Below, one piece after another: positions 1 through 11,622 of a stretch of 64,000 nucleotides of DNA (position 1 is the first letter of the stretch; every line of letters starts with the position of its first letter). The notes under the pieces are model-generated. The model was not told where the DNA came from, did not search any database, and saw only the letters and a program-made list of their open reading frames with translations. The position numbers and the translations under genes were made by a program. Source of the stretch: Abditibacterium sp. (GTDB lineage Bacteria; Armatimonadota; Abditibacteriia; Abditibacteriales; Abditibacteriaceae); contig OZ251992.1 of the NCBI GenBank assembly GCA_965246885.1, positions 3,264,001 through 3,328,000 on the forward strand, in the 5' to 3' direction.

Positions 1-2779
1 AGTCCACGTTGCCGTAGGGCGTGAAGCCTTCGGGGACGGCTTGACCGGTGCGCCGCGCGTCGAGGTTAAAGGGGTATTTCACCGGGTTCGCACCCAAGCC
101 CGACGTGTAGACCATGTTAATCGGGTTGGCGCCACTTCCGAACTGGCAGGCGCGCACGGCGGCTTCGAGATACTTGGCGTCGCCGGTCAGGAAATGGGCG
201 CGCGTCAGGTCAACGGCATCGGGGCCGGAGTAGAAGCCGATGAACTGCGGCTTGCCCTTGTCGGAAGTCGTGAGGTTCCAAGCGTTGTTGCCCGCGTAGT
301 CGAGCGCTTGCGCCGCCCACTTGAGGGTGGCAGCTTTGGCACGGGCTTGAATAGCGGCGTCAACCAAGGCGGCGGGCAAGCGGGCGTAGAGGAAAGCCGC
401 GTCGTGGCGCTCCCAGTTCGTGCCCGCGAAGTCTACGTCGGCGGCGGGTGCGTCCGCCCCTTTGTCTTTCATGCTGGCGACGAAGGCGGCGTGCCATTTG
501 GGGTCGCGGGTGAGGCGCAGCAGTTCGAGAGCCGCGAGCGAGCGCGAGTCGCGCGTTTCGGCACTTGGCCACGTCTTGTTGCGCTCCTTGGCTTTCGGGT
601 CGGCGGCGTAGTCCTTGACGGCCCAGTTGTAAGCGCCGATGGCGCTGTCGCGGTAAGTGGCTGAGAGCTTCGGGTCATATTTGCCAACCAGAAACGCGAG
701 GCGCGCGGCGACGGCGGCGTATGTCCAACTCGCGTCGTAATCGGGTGCATAAACATAAATGGGCATGGACTGAAGCCACGACACTTCGCCGGTATAGGGG
801 TCGCCGTTGGTTTCCATGCCAAACGGCACGCCGCCATCGGCGTGCTGCAAGCGATGGAAGCACTCGAACTCGAAGATGGCCTCGTTGAGGACATCGGGCA
901 ACTTCGCGCCTGCGGTCGGGGGGATGCCCAGTTTCAAGGGCGCGAAGTGGGCGGGGAACAGGTCGAGCAGTTCGAGGCTGGCCATCGTGACTTTCATGTG
1001 CGACACGCGGCGCGGGTTCCAATCGCCCGCGTCGTGGTAGCCGCCATAGGCGTTGGCGACGGGCACGCCGGTATCGCCTTTGGCGAGGGCTGATTGAGCG
1101 TCGCCGCCGTCCACGTTGCGGTAGCTGCTTTGGGTGACGCGCACGCCCTCGTCGCCCGGTTTCATGTCGCGCGGACGGTTGAAGGCTGTGTACGGCGGGC
1201 CAAGCGTGACGCCACTGCGTTGGTTGAACAAGCCGCGCATCTGAACCGTGAACGCGCGGTTCCACACGTTCGGCCCGATGTCGAAGGGGTAGGAACTGCC
1301 GAAACCATCGGCTACGACGCGATAACGACCGGGGGTTTTGAAGGCTGCGAAGTCGAGGCGCATCACGTCGGTGCCCGCGAAGTTGGCGTCGCGTTGCTGG
1401 TGTTCGAGCTTGTCGGCGGGCCACAGGTCATTCGATTGGCCGGAATATACGACCTTGCCCGTCTTATCCTCGACGAGCGAAAAGGCGATGGTGGCGGGCA
1501 ACTTCAAGGCGCCGCCCGTCCCCATCCAACACGAAACAAGCGCGCGCTTGCCCGGATCGTCGGGGCGAAAGCCAATTTGGTTGACATGCACCGCTTCACT
1601 TTGAAGCTTGGCCGCGTCATCGGTGAATCCCACTTGCGTTTGTTTGGTGTTGAGGTGGCCCAACCCCACCACATACCGCTTGCCCGCTTGCATGGGCTGC
1701 GGCAAGCGCAGGTAAAGCGTATGGGTGATCTCGAAGTCCGTGCTTTCCAAGGCCCAGTTGCCCGGCTTGGACTTGCGCCCGATGGAAACGGGCTTGACGC
1801 CGCCGCCAAACGCTGCGTCGTCGGGAGAGGCAATCGAGAAATTGGCGAGGTTGTCAGCCTCGAAGGTGAGGAGGGGGTCGCCCTCGAAACCCTCGCGGCT
1901 GGTGAGCCAGTCTCGCTTGGGGCCGATGAGCCAGCCGATGTCTTTGCCCTGCCGGATAAGGTGCCGCTCGGTGAGGACGCCTTGGTCGTTCTTCTTGTCG
2001 CTGAAACTGTCGCCGGGTTGCGCGGCGTATTTCGTGACTGAGGACGGTAGAACATGGCCCGCGTGGATTTGGACGGCGAGGACATCGGGCGCAACGGGCG
2101 CGACGTTCTCGACGACGGGCGACTTATCGGAGCGCGGGTATTGGGCTTTGAGCGCCGCGTTCGCCGCGCGCACTTTCTCGGCGTCGTCGGCGATGCGCTT
2201 GGCGGCGGCGGCGCGTGCGGCGCGGATGGCGTCGTTGGGCGCGGTTAGTTCGATGGATTGGATCGAAACGTCAACGGCGCCCGCGCTCCAGTCACCTTGC
2301 ACTTGCCACTGGAACACCTTCGCCAAGTCTGCCGCGCCTTTGTCGCCGTTGCTGGAGGGCGTCGCCAAAGACGCGCCTTCGACGGGCGTAAGCAGCACAT
2401 CTTCGCCCACTTTCGCGCCTTCCAACGAGAAGTTCCACGTCGAAGCCCCGCCCTTGGCATCAGACAGCATGACGCGCAAGAGCTTTTCTTTGTTGTTCGG
2501 CCCCACGCGAAGTCGAAGCGCCGGAGACATCTCGCCCTGCTTGCTCAGGTCAATGGACGTGAAGTTGTCGCCCAACCCGCCCTGACCGGTGGGCGTTTGC
2601 ACGACCAAATGTCCGCCCTCCACCTTGGCGACTTTGTCCCAAGTGCCATAAGCGAACAGAAAGGGGTGGTCGAAGGAAGCAATGATCGGCGCGGCGGGCT
2701 GGGCATGCGACGGGGCGCACCCGTAGAAACCGAGGAGCAGCGAGAACGAGAGTAAGCGTCGGGATGAACGAGGGAACAT
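1..2779 (-). CDS. Secreted glycoside hydrolase family 9 (cellulase-like) with Ig-like module; 3' end runs off the window
   Basis: Translated manually because it is absent from the ORF track (no stop in window). Starts MFPRSSRRLLSFSLLLGFYGC (signal peptide); contains CelD-type VHVNQIGF, catalytic GGYHDAGDW and C-terminal YTSGLGANP...GFTPYG. Confidence 0.85.
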   Translation of the reverse strand, partial: MFPRSSRRLLSFSLLLGFYGCAPSHAQPAAPIIASFDHPFLFAYGTWDKVAKVEGGHLVVQTPTGQGGLGDNFTSIDLSKQGEMSPALRLRVGPNNKEKLLRVMLSDAKGGASTWNFSLEGAKVGEDVLLTPVEGASLATPSSNGDKGAADLAKVFQWQVQGDWSAGAVDVSIQSIELTAPNDAIRAARAAAAKRIADDAEKVRAANAALKAQYPRSDKSPVVENVAPVAPDVLAVQIHAGHVLPSSVTKYAAQPGDSFSDKKNDQGVLTERHLIRQGKDIGWLIGPKRDWLTSREGFEGDPLLTFEADNLANFSIASPDDAAFGGGVKPVSIGRKSKPGNWALESTDFEITHTLYLRLPQPMQAGKRYVVGLGHLNTKQTQVGFTDDAAKLQSEAVHVNQIGFRPDDPGKRALVSCWMGTGGALKLPATIAFSLVEDKTGKVVYSGQSNDLWPADKLEHQQRDANFAGTDVMRLDFAAFKTPGRYRVVADGFGSSYPFDIGPNVWNRAFTVQMRGLFNQRSGVTLGPPYTAFNRPRDMKPGDEGVRVTQSSYRNVDGGDAQSALAKGDTGVPVANAYGGYHDAGDWNPRRVSHMKVTMASLELLDLFPAHFAPLKLGIPPTAGAKLPDVLNEAIFEFECFHRLQHADGGVPFGMETNGDPYTGEVSWLQSMPIYVYAPDYDASWTYAAVAARLAFLVGKYDPKLSATYRDSAIGAYNWAVKDYAADPKAKERNKTWPSAETRDSRSLAALELLRLTRDPKWHAAFVASMKDKGADAPAADVDFAGTNWERHDAAFLYARLPAALVDAAIQARAKAATLKWAAQALDYAGNNAWNLTTSDKGKPQFIGFYSGPDAVDLTRAHFLTGDAKYLEAAVRACQFGSGANPINMVYTSGLGANPVKYPFNLDARRTGQAVPEGFTPYGNVD

Positions 2780-2863
2780 GAAGTGAAGCGGTGACAGATA
2801 GAAAAATGGCCCCTAAAAAGGAGCCATTTCGAGCAGGCAGTAGGAGCGAAAGTTTCCCGCCGT

Positions 2864-3064
2864 TTACTGTTTGGCAGAGGGTGGCACGCCTTGTGACTTC
2901 GAGGCGGCTGCGGCTGCGGTGCGCGCGCTTTCGGGCATCTTCGACGGATCACCTTTAAACGCAGCGACTTGGGCCTCGCTCGCCGGAGCGGACGCGGAAC
3001 CGGATGAAGAACATCCAGCCAAAGCCACAAGTGCCACAAGACCAAGGAGAATAAGTTTCGGCAT
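2864..3064 (-). CDS. Small predicted lipoprotein downstream of the DUF1559 gene
   Basis: MPKLILLGLVALVALAGC lipobox; 66 aa; starts 8 nt after the DUF1559 stop. Confidence 0.75.
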   Translation of the reverse strand: MPKLILLGLVALVALAGCSSSGSASAPASEAQVAAFKGDPSKMPESARTAAAAASKSQGVPPSAKQ

Positions 3065-3072
3065 AGATTTCC

Positions 3073-3918
3073 TTATGGGCGCACAACATCCCACATATTG
3101 CTCTGGCGGCCCACAAAGTCCGTCGCCGGGTTGAAGGTGAAAGCAACGGGGTTGGTTGCAATCGGACGCATGGCTTTGACATGTCCATCCACGAACAGGA
3201 AGTTGGACGTGTCGAAGTGATGCACCGATACTGCGCCGTTGACATCGGCGTTGTAACCCGTGCCGGAAACTTGGTCATTGGGAATATGGTGTTCTCCCCA
3301 ACCGTTGAAACCATATTGCCGCCCGCCAATCGTGGCATTAGGCCCCCAACCAGAAGCGTTACCAATGCCGATGAAGCCGCCATTGCCGTCTTTGTAGTGC
3401 TTCTCTGCAACCATGATACAAACAGTGGGCTGGTTGATGGCCGAAGCAGAGCGCGCTTGTCCGCCGCCGGGGAGAGTAGAATCGTTGACGGAAAAGACTC
3501 CCAGGAAGTCGATGCTGGCAGCCCCAGTGCTGGTAGGGTAGTAAAAGTTGTAGTTGCCGTTGGCGGCGTAAGACATCGCTGTTCCCCACCAGCCACTGGC
3601 GTTCCCATTAGCGTCGCTGGGGCAAACAAATACCTGCGTGCTTTTGACATAAGGCTGGACAGATGTGGCCCAAGTCCCAACGAATCCGGGGGTTACAACC
3701 GCGTAAGGATACTTCTCGTCGTAATCCTGCGTGTATTGCATGATGCCCAAGCCGATTTGCTTGAGGTTGGACTGGCAAGACGCGCGGCGGGCATTTTCTC
3801 TTGCACGGGCAAAGGCCGGAAACAAGATAGCAGCTAAGATCGCAATGATAGCGATAACAACGAGAAGCTCTATGAGCGTGAACGCTTTCCGCGTCCGGGA
3901 TGAAACTATGTTTTTCAT
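3073..3918 (-). CDS. DUF1559 / prepilin-type N-terminal methylation protein with H-X9-DG motif
   Basis: [44 protein letters not shown]-terminal [15 protein letters not shown]. Confidence 0.95.
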   Translation of the reverse strand: MKNIVSSRTRKAFTLIELLVVIAIIAILAAILFPAFARARENARRASCQSNLKQIGLGIMQYTQDYDEKYPYAVVTPGFVGTWATSVQPYVKSTQVFVCPSDANGNASGWWGTAMSYAANGNYNFYYPTSTGAASIDFLGVFSVNDSTLPGGGQARSASAINQPTVCIMVAEKHYKDGNGGFIGIGNASGWGPNATIGGRQYGFNGWGEHHIPNDQVSGTGYNADVNGAVSVHHFDTSNFLFVDGHVKAMRPIATNPVAFTFNPATDFVGRQSNMWDVVRP

Positions 3919-3987
3919 GATGTTGGTTAGCCGGAACTTCGGCTGTATTAACTCCGTCTTAGAAACAGTTGTTTCTAAGACGGTGAG

Positions 3988-5151
3988 TTAGCTGGTTTTG
4001 CGCAAGCGCGCGGGTATGGTGATGACCTCTTGCTCATCGGGGACTGCGCTTAGTAGTTGCTGCAAGCGGTCGAGCATGACATCCACGATTTCGACCACCG
4101 AGACTTCGGCCAAGATGACGTTATCGGCATCCAAGCGGAGCGGCGATCCGGCGTTGGCTCCTGCCGCGATTTGCACGTCTTGGCCGGGTTGCAATCCCAG
4201 TTGACGCAGCGCCACCAATGCCCCGTGCGCCATGTTGTCGTCCGCGATGACCAATCCGTCGGGCCAGCCAGAGCGCGGGCCGGAAAAGATGCGCTTGGCT
4301 GTTTCAAACCCCTGCTCGGCTAAGAACGGAAGGGAAACACTCCCGCTTTTCATCCACCGGGCGCCTGTTTCTATCAACTCTTCGTAGCCCTTCAGGTTGT
4401 TGTGCGCTAATTCGGCGTCGAAAGCCTGTCGCAACTCTGACTGCTGTTCAAGTAATACGAGTTGGGATTCCAAACTGTGCACTCCCATCCATAACCCGAT
4501 GCGCTTGCAACCCCTTTCGGCGAGCGCTTGGACACACAGACTCACCTGATCGGCGGCATCTGTCTTGACCACGACATTCCCGTAGCCATAAAGGTTGACT
4601 ACGGGGACGCCGTGCCCGACCATCCAATGCGCGGCGGGTTCGGGAAGAGCGATGCCCAACACTCCGCCGATCTCGCCGCTTTCGATTCCACTGCGCAGCG
4701 AAGACGACAACAGTAGATCGCGGCCCGACTCTCCCGACTTATCGTCGTCTTGCGCGAAGGAACAATCGAACTCGAAGCCCATCTGCTGCGCCCGTTCGCT
4801 TAGCATCGCTACCAGAGCGTCCCAGATGGGCGAATGGCCCGGCGTCCGCAGAAAAGACAAGCGGCACACCAGCGCGATTTGAGTCAACCGCTTCGCCACG
4901 CCGCCCGCGACGAATACCCCGACTCCGTTGCGCCGCTCGACGACCCCTTCCAACTCCAATGCCGCCAACGCTTTGCTCAGGGTGTTCGGCGAAATCCCCA
5001 ACTCGCGGCAGAACTGCGCGGTTCCCGGTAAGCGCGCCCCCGCTCCAACCCGTTGAGCCATCGCCCGAATCCGCTCGCACACCGCTTCCGGCTTGCCCAG
5101 AGTCTTTAACTCGCGGCCAGAAAAAAGCGGCTTTTCGGATGCTTTACTCAT
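3988..5151 (-). CDS. GntR-family HTH regulator with LacI-type sugar-binding domain
   Basis: N-terminal wHTH (RLPG...ELGISPNTLSKAL...RRNGVGVFV); C-terminal PDGLVIADDNMAHGALVALRQLG. Confidence 0.9.
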   Translation of the reverse strand: MSKASEKPLFSGRELKTLGKPEAVCERIRAMAQRVGAGARLPGTAQFCRELGISPNTLSKALAALELEGVVERRNGVGVFVAGGVAKRLTQIALVCRLSFLRTPGHSPIWDALVAMLSERAQQMGFEFDCSFAQDDDKSGESGRDLLLSSSLRSGIESGEIGGVLGIALPEPAAHWMVGHGVPVVNLYGYGNVVVKTDAADQVSLCVQALAERGCKRIGLWMGVHSLESQLVLLEQQSELRQAFDAELAHNNLKGYEELIETGARWMKSGSVSLPFLAEQGFETAKRIFSGPRSGWPDGLVIADDNMAHGALVALRQLGLQPGQDVQIAAGANAGSPLRLDADNVILAEVSVVEIVDVMLDRLQQLLSAVPDEQEVITIPARLRKTS

Positions 5152-5250
5152 TGGATAGAGGTATTATACCCATCCGCGCGCGCTTTTAAACATTTTCGGG
5201 GAAATTATTTTTGCGCACGCGCAAATCCCCGTCTCAAGCGGCGCGCTGGC

Positions 5251-5279
5251 TTGACCGAAGGGGCGCGGGGGTGTATATT
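5251..5279 (+). promoter_or_regulatory. Sigma70-type promoter for tRNA-Pro
   Basis: TTGACC-N17-TATATT about 40 nt upstream of the tRNA. Confidence 0.75.
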
Positions 5280-5317
5280 CAAAAGCCGCCTTTTGCAAAA
5301 GTGAGGACGAGGGCAAG

Positions 5318-5391
5318 CGGGGTATAGCGCAGCTTGGTAGCGCGCGTCGTTCGGGACGACGAGGTCGTCGGTTCAAATCCGGCTACCCCGA
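5318..5391 (+). tRNA. tRNA-Pro (anticodon CGG), CCA not encoded
   Basis: CGGGGTA/TACCCCG acceptor stem, D-loop AGCTTGGTAG, anticodon arm CGTCG-TTCGGGA-CGACG, T-loop GTTCAAATC. Confidence 0.97.
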
Positions 5392-5399
5392 TAAAAGGG

Positions 5400-5435
5400 A
5401 AACCACTGGGAGAGTCCCGGTGGTTTTCGCGTTTT
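5400..5435. terminator. Hairpin terminator between tRNA-Pro and the convergent TPR gene
   Basis: AAACCACTGGG-AGAGT-CCCGGTGGTTTT followed by T-rich sequence. Confidence 0.65.
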
Positions 5436-6016
5436 CAATGCACCTTGGACGCGCCCTGCGCTTCTCGCGCAGTGTCCTCATCGAAACCGGGGATCATCTG
5501 CTTGAGCGAGTCCAGCCCGTTTTCGGACAGGTAGAAGCCATTTTCTTCGAGCGCCTGCTCCGGCGAGCGTTCGAGCAGCCACCGAAAGGGCAACTGCTCG
5601 GCGGCCATCAGGAAGATTTGCGAGGTTTGCAGCTTCTCCAGATTCTCGACGGCGTCGCGCGCATCGTCCGAAAACGGCTCGTCGGGATACATCCGCGCCA
5701 CCAACTCGAATTCGCGCGTCGAGTCGCCGTGCCTCCCCTGCATTTGCAACAGTGTCGCGTAGCGCAAGCGGTGAAACGGGTCACGCGGCGACACTTCGAC
5801 CAGACGCTCCACTGTCGCCGTCGCCTCGCTCATCTGGCCCAATTGCATCTGCGCCGTCGCCAACGTTTCGAGCGCATAATGATGGCGCGGCGCCGCCTTG
5901 AGGAGCGCGCGGCACGCCTTAAGACACGCGGGCCAGTTCTGCGCGCGCAAAGCCGCCTCCACTTTGACACGAAGCGGCTCCAAGGCTTTTTGCTGAGGCG
6001 AAAGAAAAGCGTTCAT
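5435..6016 (-). CDS. Tetratricopeptide repeat protein
   Basis: Helical repeats, e.g. ALETLATAQMQLGQMSEA and LRYATLLQMQGRHGDS. Confidence 0.75.
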   Translation of the reverse strand: MNAFLSPQQKALEPLRVKVEAALRAQNWPACLKACRALLKAAPRHHYALETLATAQMQLGQMSEATATVERLVEVSPRDPFHRLRYATLLQMQGRHGDSTREFELVARMYPDEPFSDDARDAVENLEKLQTSQIFLMAAEQLPFRWLLERSPEQALEENGFYLSENGLDSLKQMIPGFDEDTAREAQGASKVH

Positions 6017-6098
6017 CCCAAGAAGATTTTACCGCGCGGGCGTGTTGAAGTTCCACAGCGCGTGGAACGAGTCCGAAAGAAGGCGGTCAGACGTAGCG

Positions 6099-6419
6099 AT
6101 GTTCACCATTGAAGACGACCTACACGCAACTATGGAGTGTGGCTATCCAACTTTTGAGTCGGCGCTCGATGAGATTCGCCGCAGAGCGGCCATACCTTGG
6201 GATGAACCTCCCAATCGCGCCCCATGCACGTCATGGAAAACTTGTGGCTGTCGGTATGAAATCAATGAATACGACGACACCACAAAGCCTTGGACTTGGA
6301 TTAACAGGATTCCTATTGTCGAGGTAAGAGCTAGGGGAGTGCATTGGGAACCAGACTTTGCGCCGGAGCAATCCGTTACTGCGTCCCCACAAAGGCCTCC
6401 ACATCAGGACGATTGGTAG
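6099..6419 (+). CDS. Hypothetical protein (PWDEPPNRAPCTSWKTC motif)
   Basis: Protein-like ORF starting MFTIEDD; lower GC than its neighbours; function unknown. Confidence 0.6.
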   Translation: MFTIEDDLHATMECGYPTFESALDEIRRRAAIPWDEPPNRAPCTSWKTCGCRYEINEYDDTTKPWTWINRIPIVEVRARGVHWEPDFAPEQSVTASPQRPPHQDDW

Positions 6420-6967
6420 CGCCGCAGCGCCTCATACAACGCGATGCCCCACGCGACCGACACGTTGAGCGAGTTCTTGTGGCCGAGCATGGGCAGGTGA
6501 AACGTCGCGTCGCATAGCGCCTGCACTTCGGGGCTGAGACCGTCTTTTTCGTTGCCCACGACAAGCGCGAGGGGGAACGAAAGCGGGGCTTCCCAAAGTG
6601 GCGCGCTGGTGGCGCTCAGTTCGAGCGCCGCCACGAAAATCCCGCGAGCGCGGAAGTCGGCGATGGCCGCTTCGACCGTCTCGAAGTGCCGCCAGCGCAC
6701 CACGTCCACCGAGCCGAGCGCGGTTTTTCCCAGATGACGGTGCGGCGGCGTGGGCGTGATGCCGCACAGCGCCAACTCCTCGATATTCGCGCCATCGGAC
6801 GTGCGGAAAATCGAGCCGACGTTGTGCGCCGAGCGCAGATTATCGAGAATCCCATAAAGCGGCAAGCGCGGCAACTGCTGGGCGTCCTCAAGCGGGATGC
6901 GGTCGGAGCCATGCTCATGGCGCACGAAGTAATCCTGCGCGCGGGTGGGGCCGTTGTCAGTTTTCAT
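6404..6967 (-). CDS. TrmH/SpoU-family RNA methyltransferase
   Basis: LDNLRSAHNVGSIFRT, VGNEKDGL, LPMLGHKNSLNVSVA. Confidence 0.92.
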   Translation of the reverse strand: MKTDNGPTRAQDYFVRHEHGSDRIPLEDAQQLPRLPLYGILDNLRSAHNVGSIFRTSDGANIEELALCGITPTPPHRHLGKTALGSVDVVRWRHFETVEAAIADFRARGIFVAALELSATSAPLWEAPLSFPLALVVGNEKDGLSPEVQALCDATFHLPMLGHKNSLNVSVAWGIALYEALRRYQSS

Positions 6968-7190
6968 CTTGCAAAGCGAGGTTGGAGCGCCGCTCTTGGA
7001 GCGTCGGGCCATCTAACCGCCGGAAGTTGCCGCACAGGGCACAACTGCAACTTTTCATGTGGTCAGCGCATTTGCGCGCTTGATCTGGCAGCCAACCAGA
7101 ACCCGTTAGCAAACGAACCGCGCGACGGACGCGCACTTCGTTTCGGCGCCGCCGTTCGCCGCGCCGGGAGGAGGATGTTGGATTTTTCAT
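6957..7190 (-). CDS. Small basic Cys-motif protein (CSCxxCGN...TLQERR)
   Basis: 77-79 aa, Arg-rich; overlaps the trmH start. Confidence 0.6.
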   Translation of the reverse strand: MKNPTSSSRRGERRRRNEVRVRRAVRLLTGSGWLPDQARKCADHMKSCSCALCGNFRRLDGPTLQERRSNLALQDEN

Positions 7191-7196
7191 GGTCAT

Positions 7197-7442
7197 TTAG
7201 GAAAGAGGAAAGCGCCTTTCGAGCCGCTCGATGAGCCGTTCAACAGCGCGGTTCGAGAAGATACTCAACCACCACTGCACCAGCAAACTACAGCCCCACA
7301 AAACAAAAAACGCCAAGGCAAAGCAAAGCCAGACAGAATGGGAGAGACGCCAAATCACGGCAAGACAAAGCGCCGTTAACGCGAGAACGATGCCGTAGTT
7401 GACGGTTGGATATATCCAGTGGAATCGGTAAGGCTGCTCCAT
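7197..7442 (-). CDS. Small two-TM membrane protein
   Basis: MEQPYRFHWIYP... with two hydrophobic segments. Confidence 0.55.
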   Translation of the reverse strand: MEQPYRFHWIYPTVNYGIVLALTALCLAVIWRLSHSVWLCFALAFFVLWGCSLLVQWWLSIFSNRAVERLIERLERRFPLS

Positions 7443-7454
7443 GCTTTGCCAAAC

Positions 7455-7491
7455 AAAAAGGGCGCGAACTCCCGATGAAGTTCGCGCCCTT
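7455..7491 (-). terminator. Intrinsic terminator of ftsH
   Basis: Minus strand AGGGCGCGAACT-loop-AGTTCGCGCCCT followed by TTTTG. Confidence 0.85.
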
Positions 7492-7495
7492 AGTT

Positions 7496-9463
<1,968 letters not shown>

Positions 9464-9636
9464 AAAGAAGCCTCCTAAACACTCCGACGCCCCGGAGGGC
9501 GTGTTGTGGCGGCGCGAAGAAAGATTTCCGCGCCCGACACAATTCTAAGTATAACGGTGGAAAAGTCGCGTTTCGGGCGGGAGCGATGGGGGAGGCGCGC
9601 GTCCAAAACGAGAGGAGAACCCTCGTTAGCCCGCTT

Positions 9637-10623
9637 TCATACGCGCCAAAAACGGAGCCGGTTCCCCGCGAAGGCGCCCGTCCACTCCACTCGTAACTCA
9701 TTTCTCCACGTCCAAACTGCACGTTTCCCATCTGTTGCCACAACCGTTAGCACCGTTTCGACCTTGCGCGCTTCAATGCCGCGCGCTTCCGGTAGCACTT
9801 CTCGCGCCCCAAGCAACAAGACGCGCCGCCCGATGGGAGCGTCCAACTGCCGAAAGCGCAGTCCATCGAGCGACAGTAGCCCCTGCGCACGCTTGACGAC
9901 CAACTCCTTCAGAGCCGCGCGCGCGGCGCCTTCCATATAGGTATCCTCCTCGCGCGCCAAGGCCGCGTTGACCGCGTAACCGCGTGCCAGTTCATCGGCA
10001 GGGCGCCCGAAAATCTCGCTCAGGAGCGGCACCACCTCAGCGCGCACGCGGTTGCGCCGGAACAAGACACTACTATTGGATTCGTCTTCCAGCCAACTCT
10101 GTTCCCGCGCCGCCAACCACGCCCGCACCTCCTCGCGCCCCACGCGCCACAACGGGCGCACTAACCGCAGCCCCTCGCCCAACGCCCGCGACGGCGCGAA
10201 ACCGCTCTGGCCGCGCACGCCCGCGCCGCGCCCGACGTTGAGCATCAGCCCTTCGAGCGCGTCGCTCGCCGTATGCGCCGTCGCCACCAAGAGACAATTG
10301 TTCGCCCGCGCCAAACGCTCCAAAGCCCCATAGCGCCCTGCCCGCGCGACGGCTTCATCCACGTGGCCGCCCTTGCGCGGCAGTTCGATGGTCTCATGGG
10401 CAAAGGCTACACTCCACCGCGCGCACTGCGCGCGGAGCCACGCTTCATCCCGCGCGCACGCGCCGCCGCGCAACTCATCGAGCGCGTGATTGACGTGCCC
10501 GACAACGACCTCGCGCCCCAAATCCCGCAGCCAAACCAGAAGCGCAACCGAATCCGCCCCCCCCGAAACTGCCGCTAACACGCGCGCGCCGGGGGGCAAC
10601 AGGGAAGCATCGGCATCAAACAT
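9637..10623 (-). CDS. tilS: tRNA(Ile)-lysidine synthetase
   Basis: PP-loop AVSGGADS, RPLW, EDESN, RNRVR; upstream of ftsH as usual (hpt absent). Confidence 0.92.
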   Translation of the reverse strand: MFDADASLLPPGARVLAAVSGGADSVALLVWLRDLGREVVVGHVNHALDELRGGACARDEAWLRAQCARWSVAFAHETIELPRKGGHVDEAVARAGRYGALERLARANNCLLVATAHTASDALEGLMLNVGRGAGVRGQSGFAPSRALGEGLRLVRPLWRVGREEVRAWLAAREQSWLEDESNSSVLFRRNRVRAEVVPLLSEIFGRPADELARGYAVNAALAREEDTYMEGAARAALKELVVKRAQGLLSLDGLRFRQLDAPIGRRVLLLGAREVLPEARGIEARKVETVLTVVATDGKRAVWTWRNELRVEWTGAFAGNRLRFWRV

Positions 10624-10641
10624 CAGGGCAGTTGCGTCTCC

Positions 10642-11202
10642 TCATCGCGCGGGCACTTCGCCGCGCAGTTTTCCCTCGAAGTCATAGCAGCGCGCCATGC
10701 CGCCGCCTTCGTCCGACCCGGCGACGAACTGCTCGCGCCCGTTGCGGCCCGACACGACCACGCCCGATACGCCCGGAGTCACCACAACGCTCACCCTCGA
10801 CTTGGAGCGCGCCGACGCCAGCGAGAGGGCGCCTTGGTCATCGGTGGAACCGAGCAGCGCCGTCGGACGGTTCTGGGCGTCGAAGATGGACACGCTGCCG
10901 CCACCTTTGGACGCCACTAAACCAACGCGCACGGCGCCCGCGTTGTCCACGAGGGCAAGCGAGCCGCCGTCCTTGTTGAGCCGCGCGTCGCCCGACAACA
11001 CCGCGCGCAGTTTGCCGTCGCTCCCGACAATGTTGAGCGTGGTGAGCGTCATTTCACGCGGATTCGAGCCGCCCTGAGAAAGCGCCCGCGTCGCGCCAAC
11101 GGCCACGACCGCGCCCACAAAAAGCGCGAGCAAAAGCAATTGTTGGCGCCGCACGCGCCGTTCAAGCAGGGCCAAACGCCCTTCGAGGGATAAAGACTGC
11201 AT
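10642..11202 (-). CDS. Membrane-anchored beta-rich hypothetical protein
   Basis: N-terminal coiled coil + TM, then repeated GxLxLxDxxG beta-hairpins. Confidence 0.65.
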   Translation of the reverse strand: MQSLSLEGRLALLERRVRRQQLLLLALFVGAVVAVGATRALSQGGSNPREMTLTTLNIVGSDGKLRAVLSGDARLNKDGGSLALVDNAGAVRVGLVASKGGGSVSIFDAQNRPTALLGSTDDQGALSLASARSKSRVSVVVTPGVSGVVVSGRNGREQFVAGSDEGGGMARCYDFEGKLRGEVPAR

Positions 11203-11220
11203 AAGAACTACCCCCTCATT

Positions 11221-11622
11221 TTAGCGCGTTTCGGGCGCGGCTCTGATGCGGCGCTTCGATATAAATTCCCACCACACCCATCCGACGAAGCCGCCGCCCG
11301 CGTAAGACAAGACATCGAGCGGGTCGCCCGGCGCGAAGTGCCCGAAAATGTCGGTTTGCGGCAACCACACTTCAAACACTACCGACCAGAACAGCACACA
11401 GGCTGCAATTTCAGGAGCGCGGGGTGGCGCCGCGTCGCGCCACCGAAAACGGGCGAAACACCACACCATAACCGGCATCCACACGGGCAAACACAGCACG
11501 TCGTTGAGCGATCCATGCCAAAACGCGCCCGCGAAATGCGGCTTAATCCACACTTTGTTCAGCGCCACCAGCGCGACGGAGCCAAGCCACAGCGCGTCGC
11601 GCGCGGGAGAATACGGTTTCAT
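11221..11622 (-). CDS. Hypothetical membrane protein
   Basis: Several TMs with LND.LC.P, FEVWLP and GDPLDVLSY motifs. Confidence 0.65.
   Translation of the reverse strand: MKPYSPARDALWLGSVALVALNKVWIKPHFAGAFWHGSLNDVLCLPVWMPVMVWCFARFRWRDAAPPRAPEIAACVLFWSVVFEVWLPQTDIFGHFAPGDPLDVLSYAGGGFVGWVWWEFISKRRIRAAPETR

Noticed and set aside
5318..6419. Genomic island integrated at tRNA-Pro
   Set aside because: No integrase and no duplicated tRNA 3' end were seen in the window.
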